A stretch of 45,020 nt of DNA from the NCBI GenBank assembly GCA_016782785.1, contig JADHXV010000002.1, positions 1 through 45,020 of the forward strand, written 5' to 3'. Below, piece after piece: positions 25,070 through 33,781 of this stretch. The position numbers were made by a program, and so were the translations under genes. This stretch comes from Planctomycetota bacterium. GTDB taxonomy: Bacteria > Planctomycetota > Phycisphaerae > FEN-1346. Below the pieces are notes generated by a model that had not been told where the DNA came from, did not search any database, and saw nothing but the letters and a program-made list of their open reading frames with translations. Numbering within the stretch: position 1 is the first letter of the stretch; the number at the start of each line of letters is the position of its first letter.

Positions 25070-25579
25070 CTACGCGGCGGAGAGGTCCGCCGGCCACGGC
25101 GTCGCCTCACGGGCGGCCGTGTCGCCCGTCGGGCTTTCCGACCGTCGGCGGGCATACGCCACGTGGGCGCTTTCGTCGAACGTGGCCTGTTCGCGTTTGC
25201 CGACCTCCCGCACGTACGCGCGGTACGCCTCCTCGCGCAGGCGGACCAGCATCTTGCACGAGGCCCGGACCTCCAGGAACCGCTGCTGCGTTTCGGACCG
25301 CACCTCGTCCAGTTCGTGCCGGCGGGCCTGGAGGCGGCGGATGACGGCCTCCTCGACGCCCGCGAACTGCATGAAGACCGCCTGCTCGGCGATGCGGTCG
25401 GCCAGCGACCGCCGGGCCAGTTCCTCGAGCACCGTCCGCAGGCGGGTCCGGCGTTCCAGGATGGCCTCCTGTACCCGTGCGATCTCCTGGGCCAGCATGA
25501 ACAGGTCGTGACGCAGCGCCCGTTCCCGCTGGCGCTTGATGTCCAGGACGCGCTGGAGTTTCCACCGGAACCGTTTCAT
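25070..25579 (-). CDS. fliJ: flagellar export chaperone/stalk protein FliJ
   Basis: MKRFRWKLQRVLDIKRQRE... is the characteristic FliJ start. The protein is coiled-coil throughout and lies downstream of fliI. Confidence 0.8.
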   Translation of the reverse strand: MKRFRWKLQRVLDIKRQRERALRHDLFMLAQEIARVQEAILERRTRLRTVLEELARRSLADRIAEQAVFMQFAGVEEAVIRRLQARRHELDEVRSETQQRFLEVRASCKMLVRLREEAYRAYVREVGKREQATFDESAHVAYARRRSESPTGDTAAREATPWPADLSAA

Positions 25580-25635
25580 CGTGTTTCACCTGAGGCGGTG
25601 TACGTTGTGATTGCGAACGAGCGTGGCGGCAAGTT

Positions 25636-25740
25636 GTCATTTCGACCGAGGCCTCGCGGAGCGAGGCCGAGCGGAGAAATCTCGGTGTTCGAGCAGTGAG
25701 ATTTCTCGACTCGGCCCATGCGGGCCTCGCTCGAAATGAC
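25636..25740. repeat. 105-nt imperfect long inverted repeat (MITE-like or structured RNA)
   Basis: GTCATTTCGA...GAGAAATCTC, a 14-nt loop, then GAGATTTCTC...TCGAAATGAC. Inner pairings are CGAGGCC/GGCCTCG and GGCCGAG/CTCGGCC. A nested hairpin GGCCTCGC-GGA-GCGAGGCC is also present. It lies in the fliI-fliJ spacer. Confidence 0.65.
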
Positions 25741-25760
25741 ACGCAGTGTGCACGCCAAGG

Positions 25761-27134
25761 TCATGTTTCACGTCCCTCGACAACCTGGCCGGCGTCGTCG
25801 TCGGCCGGCATCAGGTAATCCCACGCCCCCGTGATCTCCACGAGCCGGCGGACCGTTTCCTGGAACGGCGACCGCGCCCCGAGTGGCTGGATCAGGAACG
25901 CGTTGATGCGGTCGATGAGGCTGACGGCGCTGTCGATCCGCGGGTTCGCCCCCGGCTTGAACGCGCCGATGTTGATGAGGTCCTCGGCCCCCTGGTAGGT
26001 GGCGTAGACGGCCCGCAGTCTCTGGGCGGCCAGGTAATGCTCGCGCGTGGTGCAGGCGTCCATAAGCCGGCTGATGCTCTGAAGGATGTCCACCGCGGGG
26101 TAGTGGCCCAGTTCGGCCAGCCGGCGCGACAGGACGATGTGGCCGTCCAGGAGCGACCGCATGCAGTCGGCGATCGGGTCGTTCATGTCGTCGGCTTCAA
26201 CCAGGACGGTGATCATGCCGGTGATGCTGCCGACCTCGGCCGTGCCGAGACGTTCCGTCAGCCGGGGCAGGAGGCTGAAGACGCTGGGGCAGTAGCCCTT
26301 GGTGGTGGGGGGTTCGCCGGCGGCCAGGCCGATCTCGCGCTGGGCCTGGGCCAGCCGCGTGACCGAATCCATCATGAAGAGGACGTCCTTGTCGAGGTCG
26401 CGGAAGTACTCGGCGACCGAGATGGCCAGCCCTGCCGCCTTCACGCGCTGGATGGGGGCGGTGTCGCTCGTGGCCACGACCACCACGCTGCGGGCCAGGC
26501 CCTTCGGGCCGAGGCTGTGTTCGAGGAACTGGCGGACCTCGCGGCCGCGCTCGCCCACCAGGGCCAGGACGTTGACGTCGGCATCCGAGACGCGGGCAAT
26601 CTCGCCCAGCAGGGTGCTCTTGCCGACGCCGCTGCCCGAAAAGATGCCCACCCGCTGCCCCTTGCCGCACGTCAGGATGCCGTCGAACACGCGGATGCCC
26701 AGGGGCAAGGGCTCGGTAATCGGGCGGCGACTCATGGGCGGCGGGCTGGTGCCGTCCAGCGGACAGGCGTCGCGGCCGTCGAGCGGCCCTTTGCCGTCGA
26801 TCGGCCGGCCCAGGCCGTCGATGACCCGGCCGAGGATGCCCGGCCCCAGGCGGATGACCCGCGGGTCGGTCCGCGCCACGACGGCGTCGCCGGGCGCGAT
26901 GCCGTCGACGGGTTCCAGCGGCAAGAGGACCCGGTGCTCGTGATGGAAGCCGACGACCTCGGCCACGACGCGCCGGCCGTCCGAGAGGTGAATCTCGCAC
27001 GCCCGGCCGGTGCCGATGGGCGGCCCCTGCGACTGGACCGTCAGCCCGGCCACGCGCACAACTTTGCCGCGGCAGGCCAGGGGCGTGGTCTGCGCGAGGC
27101 GTCGCCGGTGCCGGTCCCAGTCGATCAGGGTCAT
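25761..27134 (-). CDS. fliI: flagellum-specific ATPase FliI
   Basis: 457 aa. Walker A (GSGVGKSTLLG), Walker B (VLFMMDSVTR) and an F1-beta-like fold. ATGA overlap with fliH. Confidence 0.97.
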   Translation of the reverse strand: MTLIDWDRHRRRLAQTTPLACRGKVVRVAGLTVQSQGPPIGTGRACEIHLSDGRRVVAEVVGFHHEHRVLLPLEPVDGIAPGDAVVARTDPRVIRLGPGILGRVIDGLGRPIDGKGPLDGRDACPLDGTSPPPMSRRPITEPLPLGIRVFDGILTCGKGQRVGIFSGSGVGKSTLLGEIARVSDADVNVLALVGERGREVRQFLEHSLGPKGLARSVVVVATSDTAPIQRVKAAGLAISVAEYFRDLDKDVLFMMDSVTRLAQAQREIGLAAGEPPTTKGYCPSVFSLLPRLTERLGTAEVGSITGMITVLVEADDMNDPIADCMRSLLDGHIVLSRRLAELGHYPAVDILQSISRLMDACTTREHYLAAQRLRAVYATYQGAEDLINIGAFKPGANPRIDSAVSLIDRINAFLIQPLGARSPFQETVRRLVEITGAWDYLMPADDDAGQVVEGRET

Positions 27135-27661
27135 GGCGTTTCGGGGTCCTTCATGGTTCGGCGCAGGTGGGCCAGTTGGTCGTCGGTCCGGGCTTCAACG
27201 GTGCCCTCGGCGGTTTCGACGATGCACTCGCCTCGGCCGAGCGACGCGTCGGCCGCCAGGTGCAGATGCTTCAGCGCGCCGCCGGCCCGGCCGTTGCCGG
27301 CGTTCTCGGCCGCCGCCAGGTCCTCCGGGTTCAGATGGACGACGACCTCGCGCTTCGGCGGGGCCAGGCGGAGGGCCTCCCGCACGATCGGCTCGATGTC
27401 GTGCCGGCCGGCCCGGACCTCCTGGCCGATGACCTTGCGGGCGATGTCGATGGCCAGGTCGAGCAGGTGGTCCTCGCACTCGGCCAGGACGGCCTGCTGG
27501 AGGTCGTCGACCTTGGCGGCGGCCTGCTCCAGGGCCTGTCGCGCGCGGGCCAGGCCGGCGCGCTCGGCCTCGAGGTCCCCCGGGGCGGGCGACCCGTCGG
27601 GTCCGCAGAGCCGGACCGCCGCGAGGGCGGCAGGCAGGTCAACCTGTAGGGCCTGGGCCAT
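27131..27661 (-). CDS. fliH: flagellar assembly protein FliH
   Basis: Coiled-coil N-terminus and a FliH C-terminal pattern (VVHLNPEDLAAA...GECIVETAEGTVEARTDDQL). I chose the ATG at 27661. The track start is 27700. It overlaps the fliG end. Confidence 0.8.
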   Translation of the reverse strand: MAQALQVDLPAALAAVRLCGPDGSPAPGDLEAERAGLARARQALEQAAAKVDDLQQAVLAECEDHLLDLAIDIARKVIGQEVRAGRHDIEPIVREALRLAPPKREVVVHLNPEDLAAAENAGNGRAGGALKHLHLAADASLGRGECIVETAEGTVEARTDDQLAHLRRTMKDPETP

Positions 27662-28679
27662 GGCCGGTCTTGTCCTCGAAGGTGAGTTTGCCCGCGGCAT
27701 TGAGTTGCCGCAGTTCGCTGAGGGTCCTCTCTCTCGCCGCCTCGATGTCCTCCACCTCGGGCTTGCGCATCAGCGAGATCTCTTCGTCGATCATGGCGGC
27801 GGCCCGTTCCGAGATGTTGCTGCGAATCTTCTGCTCGATCTTCGGGTCGGCGCCCTGGATGGCCAGGGCCAGTTGCTCGGCGTCCATGGTGCGGAGGATG
27901 TCCTGGAGGTTGCGGTCGGCCAGGACGAGCAGGTCTTCCCAGGTGACCATGAGGTCCTGGATCTCGCGGGCCTGGTCGGCGTTCTGCTGGCGGATGCTCT
28001 CCAGGAGCGTGTCGCGCAGCTCGCGGCGGAGACGGCGCATCAGGAGGGCCACCCGCCGAAGCCGGTCGTCGGGCGAAGCCTGGGCCGGCCGGGCGCCGCC
28101 GCTCTGCTGCTGCTGCTGCGCTTTCTGCTGGGCATCGAGGCGGTCGCGGATGAGGGCGGCCACGCGGGTCTGGGCCTCGACCGAAACGCGTTCCCCCATG
28201 GCCATCCGCCGGACCGCCTGGCCGCGCACCGACTCCTCAAGCATCGGGATGAGGGTGGCGCTTCGCTCGGGCGGCAGTTCCATCAGGACCATGGCGGCGG
28301 CCTGGGGATGCAGGCCCCGGAGGGCCTCGGCCAGGGCCGGCACCTCGGCCTGGCGGATGGGGATGAACGGGTCCCGGCCGTCGACCATCCGCCGGACCTC
28401 GCCCAGGAGGTCGTCCAGTCGGTCCCGGCCGACGGCGCTGGCGACCATGCTCTGGAGGAACGATTCGGTGTTGCGTCCCCCGCCGTTGTGCAGCAGGCCG
28501 AGGAACTCGACGGCCGGCTGGGCGCCGCCCTCGGCCTGGCCGGTGGCGTCCATGTAGACGAGTTCGGCGACGATCTGTTTGACGACGTCGGGCGAAGTGG
28601 CCTTGAGCAGTTCCCCGGCGATGTCGGGATCAAGGCTCCGGAGGAGCAGGGCGGCTTTTCGGACTCCCGTCTCGGCCAC
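27639..28679 (-). CDS. fliG: flagellar motor switch protein FliG
   Basis: 346 aa. RKAALLLRSL, EVEDIEAARERTLSELRQL and ARM-like repeats. GTG start abuts the fliF TAA. Confidence 0.95.
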   Translation of the reverse strand: MAETGVRKAALLLRSLDPDIAGELLKATSPDVVKQIVAELVYMDATGQAEGGAQPAVEFLGLLHNGGGRNTESFLQSMVASAVGRDRLDDLLGEVRRMVDGRDPFIPIRQAEVPALAEALRGLHPQAAAMVLMELPPERSATLIPMLEESVRGQAVRRMAMGERVSVEAQTRVAALIRDRLDAQQKAQQQQQSGGARPAQASPDDRLRRVALLMRRLRRELRDTLLESIRQQNADQAREIQDLMVTWEDLLVLADRNLQDILRTMDAEQLALAIQGADPKIEQKIRSNISERAAAMIDEEISLMRKPEVEDIEAARERTLSELRQLNAAGKLTFEDKTGHGPGPTG

Positions 28680-30221
28680 TTAAGCGGCTCCCTGCTGCTG
28701 GACCCACGTGCGGAACAGCCGTTTCACCTCGTCGGGGTTATCCTGAAGCGCGGTGGCGATGCGTTCGTTCAGGCGGGCGGAGTCGGCGGAGCGGGGCACG
28801 CCCGGCCCCAGCAGGTGGCCGGCGCCGACGCCCGGGCCGACCTCCATCGCCGCCCCGACCAAGGCGCCCTCGGCGGCGGCCTTGCGTTTCGACCCGCCGA
28901 AGATCTTCAGCGCCACCAGGGCCCCGAGGACCAGGATGCCGACCGAGGCGTGGCGGGCGGCGTCGAGGTAGAACTGGGGATTGGCCAGGAAGTCCACCTC
29001 TTCGGCGGTCTCGGCGGCCGCGTCCGGCCGGTGGAATCGGCAACTGACGACCTTCAACTCGTCGGTTTCCTTCAGGCCGATGGCCCGGCGGATGATCTCC
29101 TCGGCGTCGGTGACCGTCAGCGCAGGCGCCGGCGGGGAGGCCGTCTCCGCCGGCGCCTGGCCTTCTTCGGCTGCACGCGTCTCGGGGGTCGAGAGATCGA
29201 CGAGCGCAGCCACCGACAGGGCAAGAATCTTGCCCGGCATGTTGATGGTCTGTTCAACGGTCCGGCCCACCTGGTACTCGTTGGTGGTGGTTTCTTCCTT
29301 GCTCTGGCCGGCCGAGGCGTCGGCCGTGGCGGGCACCTCGGACTTCGAGGTGATCTCTTCCTTGGTCACGACCTTGGCGCTGGGGTCGTACGTCTCCATG
29401 GTCTTGTTGGTGGTGGTGGTCTCGACCTGGGCGTCGACCTTGACAACGGCCCGCCCAGGCCCCAGGGCCAGCGTGAGCATCTGCTCGGCCTTGCGGGCCA
29501 GGTACTGTTCGACCTGGCTCTTGTAGTCGAGCACCGTGCCGCCGGTCCCCGCAAAGCCGCCCTCGGTGCCGGTTGAGAGCAGGGTGCCCTGGCTGTCGAC
29601 GACGACGACGTGCTCGGGGGTGAGGTTGTCGACGGCGCCGGCCACCATGTGGACGATGGCGGCGACGTTGCCCGGGGAGAGGGTTCGGCCGGGCCTGAGG
29701 CGCAGGGCGACCGTGGCCGAGGCCCCGCTCGTCTCCTTGCGGAACAGGCTTCCTTCGGCCTGGACGATGTGGATGCGGGCGTCGGCCACGCCGTCAATCA
29801 GGGCGATGGTCCGGGCCAGTTCGCCCTCCATCGCCCGGGTGAGGTTGACCTTCTGCGTGAACGGGCTGGCGCCGATCTTCTCGGAATCGATGATGCGGTA
29901 CCCCTGCTGGCCGCCGGCCGGCAGGCCGTCGCCGGCCATCCGGAGCCGGAGCGTGTGGATCTGCTCCACCGGAACGTAGATGCTGGTGCCGCCGTCCTTC
30001 AGGTCGAACGGGGTGTCGGCATCGCGGATCTTCTCGACGATCTCGGCGGCCTCCTGGGGTTCGAGCCGCGAGTACAGAAGGGCCATGTCCGGCTGCTGGG
30101 CCCATCCGACGAGCAGGGCGGCGGCGCCGCCGCAGGCCAGCAGCACCGAAACCAGGCCGATGCGCTGCATGAACCCAATCCGCCGCCAGGCTTCCAGGAC
30201 GCCTTGTAGGGAGTTACCCAC
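28680..30221 (-). CDS. fliF: flagellar MS-ring protein FliF
   Basis: 513 aa. N-terminal TM, RBM domains (LYSRLEPQEAAEIVEKIRDADTPFDL) and a C-terminal TM. GTG start with GAGG 5 nt upstream. Confidence 0.95.
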   Translation of the reverse strand: MGNSLQGVLEAWRRIGFMQRIGLVSVLLACGGAAALLVGWAQQPDMALLYSRLEPQEAAEIVEKIRDADTPFDLKDGGTSIYVPVEQIHTLRLRMAGDGLPAGGQQGYRIIDSEKIGASPFTQKVNLTRAMEGELARTIALIDGVADARIHIVQAEGSLFRKETSGASATVALRLRPGRTLSPGNVAAIVHMVAGAVDNLTPEHVVVVDSQGTLLSTGTEGGFAGTGGTVLDYKSQVEQYLARKAEQMLTLALGPGRAVVKVDAQVETTTTNKTMETYDPSAKVVTKEEITSKSEVPATADASAGQSKEETTTNEYQVGRTVEQTINMPGKILALSVAALVDLSTPETRAAEEGQAPAETASPPAPALTVTDAEEIIRRAIGLKETDELKVVSCRFHRPDAAAETAEEVDFLANPQFYLDAARHASVGILVLGALVALKIFGGSKRKAAAEGALVGAAMEVGPGVGAGHLLGPGVPRSADSARLNERIATALQDNPDEVKRLFRTWVQQQGAA

Positions 30222-30271
30222 GGCTACCTCACGGGTTTATCGGGTGCGTTGGTGGTGCGCGGTTGGCGTCG

Positions 30272-30374
30272 CTTCGCGCCAAACAACACGCGCCGGGCAA
30301 GCCCGGCGGCTAAATGTGGCTGTTCGCCGTTGCCGTTGTTGTTGCCTGATGCCCATTGCCTGTTGCCTGCCGTT
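30272..30374. repeat. GGCAAC-heptad-rich dispersed intergenic element, copy 2 (inverted relative to copy 1)
   Basis: The reverse complement reads AACGGCAGGCAACAGGCAATGGGCATCAGGCAACAACAACGGCAACGGCGAACAGCCACATTTAGCCGCCGGGCTTG...GCGCGTGTTGTTTGG. It abuts the fliE stop in the fliE-fliF spacer. Confidence 0.65.
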
Positions 30375-30680
30375 TTACACCTGCATATTGATGGTCTGCT
30401 TGTACGCCTCGATCATCTTGTTGCGGACGCCGATGAGGAGTTTGAAACTGGCGTCGGCCTTGGCGACGGCGGTGACGACGGGCAGCACGTCCTGCCGACG
30501 GCCGCTGAGGAGCTGCTCGACGCCGGTCGCCGACGCCTGCTGGTCCTGGTCGACCGTTTCGACGGCCTTGCGGACAAGGCTGGCGAAGTCGGTCTTGGGG
30601 CCGGCGGCGTCGGGCCGGGCCACCTGCGGCGGCTGGATGACGGGCGGCGTGCCGATGGCATGGATGCCGGAGAGGGTCAT
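30375..30680 (-). CDS. fliE: flagellar hook-basal body protein FliE
   Basis: 101 aa. FASLVRKAVETVDQDQQASA...VAKADASFKLLIGVRNKMIEAYKQTINMQV is typical FliE. AAGGAAGGAG Shine-Dalgarno sequence. Confidence 0.93.
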   Translation of the reverse strand: MTLSGIHAIGTPPVIQPPQVARPDAAGPKTDFASLVRKAVETVDQDQQASATGVEQLLSGRRQDVLPVVTAVAKADASFKLLIGVRNKMIEAYKQTINMQV

Positions 30681-30693
30681 GACGGCTCCTTCC

Positions 30694-31098
30694 TTACCGC
30701 AGCAGTTCCACCGTGGTCTCGACCATGTCCTGGTAGCGTTTGAGGATGGCGACGTTGGCCTGGTACGCCCGCGAGGCGGCGACCATGTTCATCATCTCGA
30801 CGGGCAGGTCGACGTTGGGCATCTGGACGAAGCCCTCGGCGTCGGCGTCGGGGTGGCCCGGCATGAGCACCTGGCGGAAACTGCTCATGTCGCGGGCGAT
30901 CGAGAGGACGGTGACGCCGCCCGGCTCGTCTCCGGCGGCCCGCAGGACCACGTCGCGCCGCCGGTACGGTTCGCCGCCGGCGGTGCGGGTGGTCTCGGCG
31001 TTGGCGATGTTGCCGGCGATCAGGTTCAGCCGGAGCGACTGGGCCCGCATGCCCGAGACGGCAATGTCGACCATCGGGGCGATCTCGTCGATACGCAC
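30694..31098 (-). CDS. flgC: flagellar proximal rod protein FlgC
   Basis: 134 aa. SGMRAQSLRLNLIAGNIANAETTRT...VDLPVEMMNMVAASRAYQANV. GTG start with GGAGGAGG upstream. Confidence 0.95.
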   Translation of the reverse strand: MRIDEIAPMVDIAVSGMRAQSLRLNLIAGNIANAETTRTAGGEPYRRRDVVLRAAGDEPGGVTVLSIARDMSSFRQVLMPGHPDADAEGFVQMPNVDLPVEMMNMVAASRAYQANVAILKRYQDMVETTVELLR

Positions 31099-31130
31099 GG
31101 CGGTGCCTCCTCCTTACGCCTTTTCCGTTT

Positions 31131-31213
31131 CCCTCTCCCCTGGCGGGAGAGGGCAGGGTGAGGGGGTGTTGGCTTTCACCCTCACCCCGTCCCTCTCCCA
31201 TCGAGGGAGAGGG
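31131..31213. repeat. triple-hairpin palindromic element (CCCTCTCCC/GGGAGAGGG type)
   Basis: Three hairpins in a row: CCCTCTCCC-ctggc-GGGAGAGGG, then AGGGTGAGGGGG-tgttggctttc-ACCCTCACCCC, then CCCTCTCCC-atcga-GGGAGAGGG. It lies in the flgB-flgC spacer. Confidence 0.7.
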
Positions 31214-31230
31214 AGTAAGGGGCCCTGCGT

Positions 31231-31577
31231 TTATCCGTCGCGTCCCACGGCCATGGCCATTTCCATCTGTTGGTACGTCCGGGCCAGCAGCCGCGCGTAC
31301 GTCTTGTAGAGCAGCGAGTTCTTGACCAGGTCGCCGATCTCGGCTTCCAGTTGCACGTCGTTGCCGATCTCGTTGACCTCGCCGGTCATCGGCCGGGTCA
31401 CCTGGTCGAGCAGGTCGCCGTACTGGACGGGCTTGCCCTTCTCGAGGGCGTCGGCGAAGACCTCCTCGAACGGCACGGCGTGCCGGCGGTAGCCGGGGGT
31501 GGCCATGTTGGCGATGTTGCCGGCGATGACCGACTGGCGGAGGTTGGCGGCCCGGAGGCCGGCCTCCAGGTAATCCG

Positions 31578-31599
<22 letters not shown>
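31231..31599 (-). CDS. flgB: flagellar proximal rod protein FlgB
   Basis: Trimmed to MDQSARITDYLEAGLRAANLRQSVIAGNIANMATPGYRR...LVKNSLLYKTYARLL. The rest of track ORF 31231..32820 is a shadow of the regulator gene. Confidence 0.92.
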
Positions 31600-32965
<1,366 letters not shown>

Positions 32966-32969
<4 letters not shown>

Positions 32970-33781
32970 GGACTCACACCTTCCGTCGGCTTCGTTACCG
33001 CGTTCGACGCCGCGGCATTCGTCGCGGCCGCGCCGGGCAGGGGCGCCAGCAGCGTCTGCGGCTGCGTCTGGGTTTGCCACTGGAGGAGGTTCTTGCGGAC
33101 CTTGGCGGCCTCGACCCAGGGCGACTCGGGGTGCTCGGTCACCAGCCGGTCGTAGAGCGCGAGGGCCGCCGCCGCGTCGCTCTGCCGCTTGCAGTTCGCC
33201 GCCTGGTAGAGCACCCACGCCCGGGCCATGGCGCCGAGCGACCCGTCCGCCAGCAGCCGCTCGTACAGGGCGGCGGCCTCGGCCGGGTGCCCGCCCAGGA
33301 ACAGGGCGTCGGCCAGGCCCATCGGTTCGCCCAGGCGGTCGAGCGACAGGTCCTTCACGCGTGTCAGTTCCTCCTCCGTGAGGACCGGCGACGCCTGCGT
33401 CGCGGCCCGAGGCGGCGCCTCGCCGGCACCGTCGGCGGCGGGCGTCGTGGCTGCCTCGGTGGGTTCGGCCGGCCTCGGTTTCGCGATCGGCCGCTCCAGC
33501 GCCTCGCGCAGACGCCGCATCGCCTCTTCCAGGTCGACCGACGGGGCCGAGGGCGGCGGGACGTCGATCTGCGAGTCCATCAGCCGCGCGCGGTTCTCCC
33601 GCACCTCGCGCAGCAGACCGTCACCGGTGGCGTTGCCCGCGCTGTCGCCCGAAACCGTGCCCGCGCTGCCGGCCGCGGGTGCAGTCGCGCCGTCGGCCGG
33701 CCCGCCCGCCGGCGGACCCGCCGCGGCGCTCCCAAGCGCCAAACTCACCACCGCCAGCGCGAGCGCCAGGGTGCGTGTCAC
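32966..33781 (-). CDS. secreted TPR/Sel1-like repeat protein
   Basis: GTG start overlapping the upstream stop (GTGA). Signal peptide is MTRTLALALAVVSLALGSAAA. A Pro/Ala-rich linker is followed by helical repeats (ADALFLGGHPAEAAALYERLLAD...AWVLYQAANCKRQSDAAAALALYDRLVTEHP). Confidence 0.7.

Noticed and set aside
25746-29576. A 1276-aa plus-strand ORF opposite fliI, fliH, fliG and fliF. Also the 646-aa, 529-aa and 531-aa minus-strand alternative-frame ORFs (15935..17875, 31231..32820, 34457..36052).
   Set aside because: They show the same shadow-ORF signature: RGRP-type low complexity and wrong-frame GC pattern. The overlapping frames encode unmistakable FliI, FliG, FliF, FlhB, the NtrC-type regulator and the TPR proteins.
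30229-30262. A sigma-28-like -10 element (ACCCGATAA, minus strand) just upstream of the fliF GTG.
   Set aside because: There is no TAAA-like -35 at the required 15-nt spacing. A start site there would remove the GAGG ribosome-binding site from the transcript.
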